DNA of 64,000 nucleotides from Pyrinomonadaceae bacterium (GTDB lineage: Bacteria; Acidobacteriota; Blastocatellia; Pyrinomonadales; Pyrinomonadaceae). The DNA lies in NCBI GenBank assembly GCA_035276045.1, contig DATELZ010000147.1:2626-66625 (forward strand). The letters are read 5' to 3'. Under the pieces are notes generated by a model. It was not told where the DNA came from. It searched no databases and saw only the letters and a program-made list of their open reading frames with translations. Made by a program: the position numbers and the translations under genes. Shown one piece after another: positions 26,318-36,255 of this stretch; the stretch's first letter is position 1, and every line of letters begins with the position of its first letter.

Positions 26318-28093
26318 TTAAAACGGCCAGAAGATCGGAACCAGCCACATCACAATCGCAAATACCGCGATCGTTAGCAGCGAGCCTACTTTTAGAAAAT
26401 CCACAAACCGATAACGCCCCGGTGTGTAGACCAGGACACAAGCGGGTTCGAGTGGCGTCAGAAACGAGCAGGAAGCCGCGTAGGTAACGGTGATCGCAAA
26501 TGTTCTCGGGTTTAGCCCGAGCGCGAGAGCGGTCTTCACAGATATTGGCAGCATTACAAGCGCGGCCGCCTGATTCGACATTGGCTGCGTCAGGGCCACC
26601 GTCATCACGAAGAATCCGGCCAGTACCGCTTGTGGTCCATACTGGCCCGTGCCTCTCACGATCCAGTCGGCGAGATACTGATCCGCATGAGTCTTTTCCA
26701 TCGCCACGCCGAAACTCATCATGCAGGCAATCAGGATCAGTAACCGCCAATCGATGATTTCGTAAACTTCCGACATGCGCACCGATTGCGTGGCCAGCAG
26801 AATCATGACGCCGATAAGAACAGCGATCGGCAAGGGAACGAGATGTGTTAATGAGAAAAAGAGAAAGACGCCAAAGGCCAGCAACGCCCAGCGCCTCTTC
26901 TCCGGTCGCGGATGTTTTTCGGAAACCTCTTCCAAAAGCAGTATCTGACCATCGGCGGCAAGAGCTTCAACCTGTTCACGATTCCCCTGTATCAACAGCA
27001 CATCGCCGAATCGCAGGCGTAACCTGCTGATCTTCGAAAGCAGATCCACTCCATGGCGATCGATAGCTAATACGACGACGCCGTATCGCTTGCGAATGTC
27101 GAGGCGTTTCGGTGTTCGGCCGATGAAGTTTGAACCACGAGGCAGCATCGCTTCGAAGAGTTCCGTGTCTTTGCTCTCCAGAACGGAATCGTTCAACTTG
27201 AATTCCGGTTTGATCTCGATGCCGGCTTCGGCTTTTACTTTCAGGATGTCTTCAACTCGACCCTGGACCAGCAATAGATCGTCGGCGTTTATCTGCGCCT
27301 CCGGGTTGGGCGCGATCCTGCGTTCCTCACCTCTGAGAATGCCGAGCACAGTTAGATCGAGTTCATCGCCAATGCGGGCCTCAGCCAGCGATTTACCAAT
27401 CAAAGGAGAGTCGTCCAGCACTATGACTTCGGTCATGTACTGTCTGACGTGATATTGCTCGGTCAAAGATTCAGCCGACTTTCTGCGAGGCAGCAGGCGC
27501 AGTCCTAACACCAACATGTAGAGCATGCCTGCGGCAACAATAACCACTCCCACGCTAGTCAGCTCAAACATCGTAAAGGGCTGGATTCCGTAACGCGGCA
27601 GAGCGCCGCTTACCGCCAGGTTGGTTGACGTTCCTATCAACGTGCAGGTGCCGCCGAGGATGGCGCCGAACGCGAGCGGCATTAGTAGTTTTGAAGAACT
27701 GATATTTCTGCGCGCGGCGATACCTAACACGACGGGAAGAAACATTGCCGTTGTCGTCGTGTTCTTCATCACCGCGGCACAAAACGCGGCGGCGAACATG
27801 ATCAATGCGGTGATGCGAAACTCACTTTCGCCTGCGACGCGGTGTAAGCGGCGTCCGACCAGATCGATCACGCCGGTTTTGGCGAGTCCTCCCGTCAGGA
27901 TGAAGAGACCCGCGATTGTTATGACGATGTCGTTGCCAAATCCTGCGAAAGCTTCGCCGACAGTCAAGGTGTTGGTGAGCACCAACGTCATGACCAGCAG
28001 CAATGAGACGACCTCGATCGGTATTCGTTCGAGGCTAAAGAGAATTAGGGCGACGATCAGCAGCGCGAGGACGATTGCAATCTGGGTTGTCAT
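26318..28093 (-). CDS. SLC13/DASS-family permease with two central TrkA-C (RCK_C) domains (YfbS-like)
   Basis: 591 aa. Polytopic N- and C-terminal halves flank a soluble insert with duplicated ..V.V...SPL.GK.L..A.. / ..L.L.I.R.G. type RCK_C segments (VIVLDDSPLIGKSLAEARIGDELDLTVLGILRGEERR; MLPRGSNFIGRTPKRLDIRKRYGVVVLAIDRHG). Confidence 0.8.
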   Translation of the reverse strand: MTTQIAIVLALLIVALILFSLERIPIEVVSLLLVMTLVLTNTLTVGEAFAGFGNDIVITIAGLFILTGGLAKTGVIDLVGRRLHRVAGESEFRITALIMFAAAFCAAVMKNTTTTAMFLPVVLGIAARRNISSSKLLMPLAFGAILGGTCTLIGTSTNLAVSGALPRYGIQPFTMFELTSVGVVIVAAGMLYMLVLGLRLLPRRKSAESLTEQYHVRQYMTEVIVLDDSPLIGKSLAEARIGDELDLTVLGILRGEERRIAPNPEAQINADDLLLVQGRVEDILKVKAEAGIEIKPEFKLNDSVLESKDTELFEAMLPRGSNFIGRTPKRLDIRKRYGVVVLAIDRHGVDLLSKISRLRLRFGDVLLIQGNREQVEALAADGQILLLEEVSEKHPRPEKRRWALLAFGVFLFFSLTHLVPLPIAVLIGVMILLATQSVRMSEVYEIIDWRLLILIACMMSFGVAMEKTHADQYLADWIVRGTGQYGPQAVLAGFFVMTVALTQPMSNQAAALVMLPISVKTALALGLNPRTFAITVTYAASCSFLTPLEPACVLVYTPGRYRFVDFLKVGSLLTIAVFAIVMWLVPIFWPF

Positions 28094-28210
28094 TTATTTG
28101 AGGTTCTCGTTCGATGTGTTCTCGTCGAGAGACCTTAAGGAGTTTAGGTTACAAATAACTCGCTTAAGAATAACAAACCGATGAACATAGCCGGAATGGC
28201 TTTGCCCAAG

Positions 28211-28296
28211 AAGTCTCCCGCAAAGGCGCAAAGGCGCAAAGACGCAAAGAAAACCCTTAGTAACGCGGCAGCGCTTTGCGCCTTTGCGGGAGACTT
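28211..28296. repeat. CTTTGCG-type palindromic element, copy 2
   Basis: AAGTCTCCCGCAAAGGCGCAAAGGCGCAAAGACGCAAAGAAAA..loop..GCGCTTTGCGCCTTTGCGGGAGACTT. It lies 28 nt downstream of the stop of the last giant-operon gene and upstream of the transporter start. Confidence 0.8.
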
Positions 28297-28323
28297 TTTG
28301 CGCAAGCCTGCAGTAGGTGTCTT

Positions 28324-31300
28324 TTATTCAAACCCAAGCCGGTAAAGCTGGGTCTTGAACCCGCCTGCGTTGGCCCCGTCTCCGGTGTAGGAGGCGCCGA
28401 TTGCAAGCACTATGTAGCAAGCCTTAGCCCACTCAAAAATCGGATGTTGTCCGTGCGGCGCGCGGTCATTTTTTACCTGAATCAGGCGGCAAGGCAGATC
28501 GACTGTTACGCTTGATCCCACGCTCAGATCGTTTTTCTTAATGGAGTAGATCGTCCTGCCATTTGAGACGCAGAATGCTCCCGTAAGCACGTCGGCAATG
28601 CTGACGGCAGGATGCGATTTGTATTGCAGTGCCGGAGTCTTCAAGGGCCGGGTATCCGTGATCATGTTGGTGACAGCGCCGGGAAGCGAGAGCGACTTGT
28701 AGCGTCTCAAGTCAGACCGGAAAATGTATGAAACAACCACGCCCTGATTGTTCGCTTGAGAATGGACACAAAAGAGCTCGCCGAAATTGCCGAACAGGAC
28801 CGCCTCGGCTCTGCCCGTCCCCGCAATCGGAATCACGTACGACCTAAACTCTCGCAGGACGTCGAGCACGAGCAAACCACCGTCGATGCCTATCAGGGCA
28901 AACTCGCCATCCGGCGACACCGACATCGGCGGGGCGGAAACAGACGAGACCCAGGCCGGGGCGTTCGGAACACGATTCTGCGTGCTGATTCCCTGCACTG
29001 AATCCAACGAGTAGTCGCCGACGTCGACCAACTTGTCTTGCGAGATTTTTTTCCTCGAGTACGTGTAGCTGTATTTAGTGGTCTGGCCCACTTTCTCCTC
29101 TTTCATCAACAGAAGCCCGATCGCGGTTCCCTTTGGATGAACCGCCAGGGCGACGATCGAAGTTGGACCAGTCAACGTAAATCTCTGTTTTTCCTGGAGG
29201 GTAAGATCCCGCAGGAAGATGGTGTTGCCGCCGAACGCCCCGGCTACCCGGTCGCCCACCACGCCGATGCTGTTGGGAACGGAAAAAATTGAAAAGACAT
29301 TCTTGCCCTCAACAGAGACACTGCCCATGTCGACGAACGAGGGAACAGTCATCTGCCGCGTGTTCACGGCTGACAGATTTTGCGGCGGCGTGGCCGCCAG
29401 GTAAAACGAGTTGCCGTCTGCGGCGGGCACGCCATCGCCAATAAAAATCCCGTCGAGATCCTTCTTCACGTGGTAACGGATCGCGCATTCGTAAAGATCA
29501 GGTTCTTTGAACGAAACAGATTCGACGTGAAGCACGCCGGCTTTTTCCGGGTTGATGCGGATCAATTTGCTTTGCGCAGTGGTGCGCGGAGAAATTTCGA
29601 TGCCGTGCGGCATAGCGAGATCGACGTCGACGTCCAACTCACCGGCGCCGGTTACGAAAAGCGTGAATTTTGGCGTGTCGTACTTGATCGTGATCGGCGT
29701 GTCGGGCCTGTATTCGTTGGAGTTTCTGCCCTTGAGCGGTTCCAGCGGGCGCCGGAGTGCAAACATATAACCGCTCAAACTCTTGACCGTCAGCTTAACG
29801 CCCTCCAGGAGTGGCTTCGCAGACGGAATGACGATCGTTGTTCCCGGCGTGTGGTGAACTGAAGTTCCGGGTATTTCGGCAACGGACACCTGGCCCTGTT
29901 CGTCAATTTTCAGACGTTTCAAGACTGATGTGATCAGCGAATGGCCGGGCCCCTGAAACTCGATCTCGAGCATGTAGTCCTGCCCGACGCCTTCACGCAT
30001 ATAAGCCATGTAGCGCAACACAATCGGCGCCGGCTCGGCCTCGTTACAGCGAAACTCGAACGTCTCGGTCTTCCGCCAATTAAAATCTTTCGGCGCATCT
30101 AAAAGTTCGGCGGGTCCGAAGGCGCTGAAATCGTCGAGTCCCGCTTTGCGGTAGACGTCGCTCATCGGGCCAAAATCGATGCCGGTATCGTTTTTGATCG
30201 TGTACTTCCGCTTACCGAAGTACGGCGGCAGATCTTTACTCGGGAAGTCAGCGAAAAACTCCGGCGAGAAGAGATGTTCGAAAGCGCCCGAGAGCGTATA
30301 CGCCTTCCTGTTCGACTCGACAACCCAAAGACGATTGGAAGAGGTGGAACGGAAAGCAGCAACCGCCGGCGGTTGCACCTGCAAACCGCGACCGCACGGC
30401 ATCCAGTGGTCCTGTTGCGGGTTGTAGACCAGATCCTGCGTCATCCTTGCCGTCGGCCGTTTGGTAATGATGTATTTCAGCAAACCGGTTACATCGAGTG
30501 ATTCGATCTGCGGGATTGAAGTTGGGCCAAGGACCACCAGCACTCTCCCCAGCGGCACCAGCAGGCCACGGAAGATCATCGACCGCCCATCCTTCGCAGC
30601 TCGCGCAGCCTCGGCAGGTTGATCGAGATTGCCGTTCGAGTTTTGCCGGAAACGGAACATGTGTCCCGAGCCCTGGTGCAACGCAAAAAGCGCGTTATCG
30701 AAAACCACCAGACGAAATCCGCGTAACGCCTCGAGCAGCGGTTCTCGTTGTAACTTAACCTGCGGTTTGAATGTCACCGAGAATGTTCGCCGGTATCCTT
30801 CGGAACCAACAGCTTCGACGGCAATATAGACGCGATCGCCAAGCGCCGTCAGATCGGCTGTCTTGCTCGACTGGCGCACCAACGACTTGACCGTGTCCGG
30901 GAGATCTACCGGCGATCCATCACGCTGCCCTTTCAGTGTATAGCGGACCAGTTGCAAGCCATCGTCGTTTGTTTGTTCCAATACGACGAAGCCGTTATCA
31001 AAGGCCGTAACGGCCAGTCGCGCTTTGACGTTTCCGGATGAAACTCTCGTGAAATCAAGGTCATTATTAGTTCCGTCAGACACTCCCACTTCCGCCAGCC
31101 AAAAACCCTCAGTGGTAATCAATGCCATTTTTGGCGCGGCTACCGCGAGACCAACCGGGTTGCCGCTTACTGCGATCTCCTTGGGACGCCAGGCGGCAAC
31201 AATGAACTGATCGGTCTTTTCATCCTTCCTTTCGTTGTTAACCTGAGTTTGCAGGAGAGCCGTCACCGTACCCTCGGTTTCCGGCGCGACAACACGCCAC

Positions 31301-32286
31301 ACACCCGAGCCCTGGTAAGTTTGGCTGACACCCTGTTCGGTCAACTTCAATTCGATCTCGTAATCGTTGCCAACGGAAAGCCACGTCTTTTCGATTCCCC
31401 AAACCGCCCAATCGACTTCGAGCACGCCATGCGGCATCACTCGTTTCGGACGTGCGGCAAGGAAAGCGTAATCATCCGGCGACAGGATGCCGAGATGCAG
31501 AGTTCTCACCACCATCTCGTTTGGCTTCCGATCTGCGCCTCGAACTTCCGCTTGCAGGATGTAAGTCGCCGCGCCCACCGCGAAGATTTCGAGCGCCCCT
31601 TTTCTGATCTTGTACGTTGCAGCTTCATCCGCGCTGAGCGACAGTTGTGAGTTACCGGCCGGCAATGGTCCATATAACGTGGCGCTCACGCCATTCTCGA
31701 TTTCCCACTCGATCTTCACCTTCGATCCGGGTTTGATCTGACTCGGACTCGGATGGGCCACCGTCAACGTCACTTTTGGCGAGGTCGTGGCATCCGCGCT
31801 GGTCATCTCGAGCTTGCCGTCCGTCTGTTTCCCGCTGCGGCCTTCGTTTGGATAACGATAGCTGTAAGGAATTTCTACGTGGACAGGTTTGTCCTGGGGC
31901 GTGAGAGGAATATGCACGTTGAATTGTGCCCCCTCGGCAAACGCAACAGGCGTCACCTTCTTCCCGGTTTCATCAAGGTCGTTGATTAAGCGAATGACTG
32001 CGAGCGATTCGGTGCGCTCCGTCGCGGCCCACGCCGACCAGCCCGTGGCGGCTGTCACGACGTTGGCGAGACTTTCCTTGCTCGCCGTGGTCCTCTCGTT
32101 CAGATTTTTTTGATGTGCTCGTTCGACCGCATCGCGGATTTCCTTCGACACCAGGTACAACGGCATTTTCAACTCGATCGATAGAGCTTTTGGCAACGGT
32201 TCGGCGCCGCTGTTCTTGACAAGTATGTCGAGTTGCGTGGAACTCACTCCAGCAATCGTCAGGCTAAGAGTTGCGTTGTCTGCCAT
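28324..32286 (-). CDS. Giant-operon protein 4 (1320 aa), unknown function, beta-rich, no signal peptide
   Basis: Uninterrupted ORF with GAGGAG 8 nt upstream of the ATG and only 15 nt after the upstream stop. The N-terminus is MADNATLSLTIAGVSS. Ig-like and propeller-like beta segments are visible, but I saw no catalytic motif. Confidence 0.85.
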   Translation of the reverse strand: MADNATLSLTIAGVSSTQLDILVKNSGAEPLPKALSIELKMPLYLVSKEIRDAVERAHQKNLNERTTASKESLANVVTAATGWSAWAATERTESLAVIRLINDLDETGKKVTPVAFAEGAQFNVHIPLTPQDKPVHVEIPYSYRYPNEGRSGKQTDGKLEMTSADATTSPKVTLTVAHPSPSQIKPGSKVKIEWEIENGVSATLYGPLPAGNSQLSLSADEAATYKIRKGALEIFAVGAATYILQAEVRGADRKPNEMVVRTLHLGILSPDDYAFLAARPKRVMPHGVLEVDWAVWGIEKTWLSVGNDYEIELKLTEQGVSQTYQGSGVWRVVAPETEGTVTALLQTQVNNERKDEKTDQFIVAAWRPKEIAVSGNPVGLAVAAPKMALITTEGFWLAEVGVSDGTNNDLDFTRVSSGNVKARLAVTAFDNGFVVLEQTNDDGLQLVRYTLKGQRDGSPVDLPDTVKSLVRQSSKTADLTALGDRVYIAVEAVGSEGYRRTFSVTFKPQVKLQREPLLEALRGFRLVVFDNALFALHQGSGHMFRFRQNSNGNLDQPAEAARAAKDGRSMIFRGLLVPLGRVLVVLGPTSIPQIESLDVTGLLKYIITKRPTARMTQDLVYNPQQDHWMPCGRGLQVQPPAVAAFRSTSSNRLWVVESNRKAYTLSGAFEHLFSPEFFADFPSKDLPPYFGKRKYTIKNDTGIDFGPMSDVYRKAGLDDFSAFGPAELLDAPKDFNWRKTETFEFRCNEAEPAPIVLRYMAYMREGVGQDYMLEIEFQGPGHSLITSVLKRLKIDEQGQVSVAEIPGTSVHHTPGTTIVIPSAKPLLEGVKLTVKSLSGYMFALRRPLEPLKGRNSNEYRPDTPITIKYDTPKFTLFVTGAGELDVDVDLAMPHGIEISPRTTAQSKLIRINPEKAGVLHVESVSFKEPDLYECAIRYHVKKDLDGIFIGDGVPAADGNSFYLAATPPQNLSAVNTRQMTVPSFVDMGSVSVEGKNVFSIFSVPNSIGVVGDRVAGAFGGNTIFLRDLTLQEKQRFTLTGPTSIVALAVHPKGTAIGLLLMKEEKVGQTTKYSYTYSRKKISQDKLVDVGDYSLDSVQGISTQNRVPNAPAWVSSVSAPPMSVSPDGEFALIGIDGGLLVLDVLREFRSYVIPIAGTGRAEAVLFGNFGELFCVHSQANNQGVVVSYIFRSDLRRYKSLSLPGAVTNMITDTRPLKTPALQYKSHPAVSIADVLTGAFCVSNGRTIYSIKKNDLSVGSSVTVDLPCRLIQVKNDRAPHGQHPIFEWAKACYIVLAIGASYTGDGANAGGFKTQLYRLGFE

Positions 32287-32301
32287 CGTGTTCTCCTCGA
32301 T

Positions 32302-35300
32302 TTATTCTTCTGGTGTCAAAAGCACGAGCCGTCCCTCGGCCGCTGTGACCGGCTGTTCGCCGAAGTAGGTTGTATCAAACGGCGCGAGCGCCGCCGCCGA
32401 GTCGCCGGTCATTGGGGCAAAGAAATTCCATTGGCCCTTGTCACCAGCGGGCGCCGGCAAGGCGATCCTGTCGGGTTGCAGCAACACTGGACCAACGCGG
32501 AAGGATGTCTCCAGGCGTGTTACTGCTTTATCCAGCTCCGCATGGCCCAAAGTAATCTCTTTTGCAGGAACAAGACCGCATGCGGCCTGCACCGAACCCC
32601 ACGGATCCATCAGCATCGTTAACCGCGCCGGCTCGCGAAAGCCAAGAGAAATTCTGTCAGTTTTTAGTTGTGCGATGTAACCGGAGCGCAAGTCGTCAAT
32701 CGGCTTGGGGAGATGCGCGGCGATGAGGCGATTGTAATCACCGTTGACAAAATAGCCGATCAGTCCGTCCTCGGTGTTGTGCGAACAACCTAGATTGGCG
32801 GGGACGAGTAAGTCGTCAAGCATCGCGTCGCCGGTACTTGCCGGACGAGTTTGCGGAGCGTCCTTGTGAGGGTCGGTCCATGCTTTGCCAAAAAGTTCCA
32901 GGCCGAGGTTTGCACTTACCAGGGCGAGTGGCCGGCCGAAGAGCACTGCTTCACGGCGAGCCGCAGCCGGCCGGATGCGTTGCAACGAGCGATCGATCAG
33001 CGTCAACAAATCGAGCAGGCGTGGGTTCGGCGCGGGCGCAGCATCGTCCTGGACCAACGCGGCGGCAAAATCTCGCAGACATTGATTGCGAATATCCGCG
33101 AGCGAGGAACCAGTCGTGACCGCACGCCACTTAACGCGCCAGCCATTGCGATCTCTTGTAATGACGAGTTCGCCGGCCAGGCGGCCGCTTTTCTCGCAAA
33201 CTACGAGGGCGTGATCGAGTGGATTGTAAAAGATCCAACCGCAGATCGGGCCTAACGGATCGTTACTGTCTGCGTCTGTTGCAGTGAACCGGAAATTCAA
33301 CCGCGCCGGCTGGATGACGCGAGGCGGCATGGCGACATATTCCTGATCGTCGTGCCAGCGCATGCGTGGGTGAAAAACCTGTCCCGCTGAAGTATTGCCG
33401 GCGGGAGTGCCGCCAAGCAGATCGGCCCATTGACCGAAATCATCCACCAGCCAGAGTTCGTCGATCTTGAACACGCCCGTTCGGAGCGTGCTGAACGGCG
33501 GCGGGCGAAGAGCCTCATCAGTTGGCGGCGCGAGACGTTCGTTGCCCATCGTTGCGCCTTCGAGCAACCCCCTGATCTCGTTTTCGAGTGATCTAAGATC
33601 TTTCTCCTCGATCCAGGGATTAGCCGCATCGGGCATGATTTGCGGCGCCGTCACATCGCGGTTGAGCAAAGTTTGATGAAAGCCGCTCAAAGACTGGCCC
33701 ATCAAACCGGACTGGCCGAGTTTTTTGAGCGTCTCATCCCAGATGATGTTGTAATCCTTGAGAATGTCCACGACTTTCGGCGGGAAGGCCGGATTACTTT
33801 GCTCATCCTGATCGAGAAGTGAACGCAACGTCTTGATGGGATCTTTGAAAATACGTTCGTCTATTGGGCTGAGCAGGCTGCGTCCGCGCACGGTTATGCC
33901 AGTGCTCCGGATGAAGGGCTCCAACGATTTGCGATCCAACGGTTCATAATCGTGATCGGCAAGCGGCCATGTTGGACCAAAGTCCTTACCGTTTTGATCC
34001 TTGCGCGGCGCAAGCTGCGGCGTGGTCGGAAACCAGGTGATCTGCCAGTCGAGAAAAAGCGGCGACCAGGGCTGCCGGCCCCATAACTCTGCCAAACGCG
34101 AGGGACGGATCTCCGTTCCGTCCGGCGTGCGGAAGTAAACCTGATCGCCCGGAGTCGTTTTGCGATTGCCGTCCCACTCCATCGATCTTGTTATTCGTTG
34201 CAGCCACTCCTGCCAGGCCAGTGCCGTGTTGAACTGTTTGCTTGCCGGCAGGGTTTTCTCAACCAGGTGACTCGTGGCCTGTTCGACAAGAGATGCTTCG
34301 TTGACGAGGCGATTCAGAATATCAGCGCGCGGCGCGAAGTGAGGCAATGCTGCGGCGATGTCCTGAATGCCGGCAGCGCTATTGAACGGCGCGGATTTCT
34401 CGTCGACGATGACTTCAGCTTTCGTGGCGATTTGTTCCGGTAACCGGCATGGCAGCGTATTTGGAAAGCGGTGTTTGGTTGTCACGCCGGAGTTTTCGAC
34501 GACGATCACCGGATCAGCCGGAGTCCAGAAACGTGGAGCGGCGTCTGAGCGAAGCTCGAGTTTCTTTGCGAGTTTCTTCCGGAGCTGTTCCGGCAGTGAG
34601 GTTAACGTTTGCAGTTTACCCGCGCGTGTATTGCGTAGATCTGAAAGCCGCGCGGCCAGCTTTTGGCAGTCATCTGTTTCCGTATCGAGGTTGGCGTCGG
34701 GATCGTAAGATTTGGCTACCAACTTCCACCAGCGCGCGTACAGATCCTGCTGCAAGGCGACGATCTCGCGTGTAAGGGCATCTGCTTCGGCTTGAAGTTT
34801 ATTGAGTTGGGCGAGTTCGATGAGTTGATCCGCCGTAGGCTTGACCTTGGTTTCTGCTGCCGCGGCTGCGGGATCGGTTGGAAATACGCCTTGATTGTCT
34901 GCCGGCTGCCGGATGGTCCACACCTTGCCCGCTTCAACTGCAGAAAACCAGTGCTGATGGACCGTGTGGTCGCGCGGCGCGGTGTTCCAACTGGCGACAA
35001 GTGAATCGGTTTGATTGTAGATAACCGCCTCGAGTGCTTTCCAAAGGTTCGGCTTGTCTTTGGCCCCGCTGAATCCACTGGACACCAACGACACGAGGGC
35101 ATCCTCCGCGGTATTGCCCACACCTACTTTGAAAGACAATGGCGGTATCGAAAGGACGTCTTCCACTGGCGGCGCGCCGGGATAACCGAGCATCGATCCC
35201 TTGTATTGCGAAGTCCAATAGTTGACCTGGACCGTCATGCCGTGAAAGAGACAACTTCGCTGTAGCAGGTCGGCCGGTGGATTGGAATCGGTTTTCCAGC

Positions 35301-36123
35301 CAAGCGAGTCGAGCACGTCTTTAGCGGTGATGTCGCGTGTATCGGAGAGTTGCGCACGAATCGCAGACAACGGTTCTGCTTGATCGTTGTGATACCAACC
35401 CACCAACAAATAACTGATCGTTGTCTCTTTCGGAACTGCGCCACTGTTGCGCAAGTCATTGAGAGTGTCGTGCCAGGAAAGAACGTTCTTGTTCTCGGCG
35501 ATGAAGGCAGTGAAAGTTGGCGAGCCCGTGTGCGCGTTTCCGACTGCCGTGATGTTTGGGTGATCGCCTTGAAACTTTGCCGCGCTGAAATCTTCAAGCG
35601 CAACGACTTTACCTACTTTGCGGGCTTCAAACTTGCTGTCGCCACGAAAGAGTAAACTGCTGGGCGCAGCCGGATCTCCGACGAGGCTGCTATCCAAAAA
35701 CCAGGCTTTGGTTTTCTGCGGTTCCCCGCCCCGCCGGCTAAAGCGCACGATCAGCCATTGATCCGGCAGCGCCGGGAAATCGAGCGAGCCGACCTTGTGT
35801 GCGTGCCGGAGTCCTGAAGGCAACACCCAGTGCAGGTAAACCCCGCGATGCTCGTCTTTGGGCCACAACGCCTGCGGCACGATGAGTTGATCCGCCGACT
35901 TCCCGTCAAATCTTCGGCTGGCGCCGAAAAATGGTTTGGGCGCGGGCGTCGCGAGCATAGTTGTCAGCGAAAGATAATCCTGCGCCAGCGGCGCCCAGCG
36001 CCCGCTGTTCGCAACGTAGCGATCGCCTTCGCGCACCAGGGCGCCCCTTCGTTTAATCACCAGGTCGTCGACGACGAGGGCTTGCACCTTGATGGGCACG
36101 AGCAGGTGCTGTCCATTTGGCAT
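32302..36123 (-). CDS. Giant-operon protein 3 (1273 aa), unknown function
   Basis: Uninterrupted ORF with SD AGAGGA. The N-terminus MPNGQHLLVPIKVQALVV has no signal peptide. Notable motifs: VYLHWVLPSGLRH, FPALPDQWLIVRF, QPWSPLFLDWQITWFP. A coiled-coil-like stretch reads ADQLIELAQLNKLQAEADALTREIVALQQDLYARWW. Confidence 0.85.
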   Translation of the reverse strand: MPNGQHLLVPIKVQALVVDDLVIKRRGALVREGDRYVANSGRWAPLAQDYLSLTTMLATPAPKPFFGASRRFDGKSADQLIVPQALWPKDEHRGVYLHWVLPSGLRHAHKVGSLDFPALPDQWLIVRFSRRGGEPQKTKAWFLDSSLVGDPAAPSSLLFRGDSKFEARKVGKVVALEDFSAAKFQGDHPNITAVGNAHTGSPTFTAFIAENKNVLSWHDTLNDLRNSGAVPKETTISYLLVGWYHNDQAEPLSAIRAQLSDTRDITAKDVLDSLGWKTDSNPPADLLQRSCLFHGMTVQVNYWTSQYKGSMLGYPGAPPVEDVLSIPPLSFKVGVGNTAEDALVSLVSSGFSGAKDKPNLWKALEAVIYNQTDSLVASWNTAPRDHTVHQHWFSAVEAGKVWTIRQPADNQGVFPTDPAAAAAETKVKPTADQLIELAQLNKLQAEADALTREIVALQQDLYARWWKLVAKSYDPDANLDTETDDCQKLAARLSDLRNTRAGKLQTLTSLPEQLRKKLAKKLELRSDAAPRFWTPADPVIVVENSGVTTKHRFPNTLPCRLPEQIATKAEVIVDEKSAPFNSAAGIQDIAAALPHFAPRADILNRLVNEASLVEQATSHLVEKTLPASKQFNTALAWQEWLQRITRSMEWDGNRKTTPGDQVYFRTPDGTEIRPSRLAELWGRQPWSPLFLDWQITWFPTTPQLAPRKDQNGKDFGPTWPLADHDYEPLDRKSLEPFIRSTGITVRGRSLLSPIDERIFKDPIKTLRSLLDQDEQSNPAFPPKVVDILKDYNIIWDETLKKLGQSGLMGQSLSGFHQTLLNRDVTAPQIMPDAANPWIEEKDLRSLENEIRGLLEGATMGNERLAPPTDEALRPPPFSTLRTGVFKIDELWLVDDFGQWADLLGGTPAGNTSAGQVFHPRMRWHDDQEYVAMPPRVIQPARLNFRFTATDADSNDPLGPICGWIFYNPLDHALVVCEKSGRLAGELVITRDRNGWRVKWRAVTTGSSLADIRNQCLRDFAAALVQDDAAPAPNPRLLDLLTLIDRSLQRIRPAAARREAVLFGRPLALVSANLGLELFGKAWTDPHKDAPQTRPASTGDAMLDDLLVPANLGCSHNTEDGLIGYFVNGDYNRLIAAHLPKPIDDLRSGYIAQLKTDRISLGFREPARLTMLMDPWGSVQAACGLVPAKEITLGHAELDKAVTRLETSFRVGPVLLQPDRIALPAPAGDKGQWNFFAPMTGDSAAALAPFDTTYFGEQPVTAAEGRLVLLTPEE

Positions 36124-36147
36124 AAAGTTCCTCTACCAGGCTTTGTC

Positions 36148-36253
36148 TTTCTCTGCATTCTCTGCGGGGACTCTGTGTTCTCTGCGTTAGCTCGCGGTTG
36201 TAGCGAAAGTTAGTGCCGAGAACACAGAGACCCCGCAGAGAACGCAGAGAAAC
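36148..36253. repeat. CTCTGCG-type palindromic element, copy 3 (subfamily B), filling the gap between giant-operon genes 2 and 3
   Basis: TTTCTCTGCATTCTCTGCGGGGACTCTGTGTTCTCTGCGTTAG-CTCGCGGTTG..-CGAGAACACAGAGACCCCGCAGAGAACGCAGAGAAA. The gene 2 stop is at 36256 and the gene 3 start is at 36123. Confidence 0.8.
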
Positions 36254-36255
36254 TC

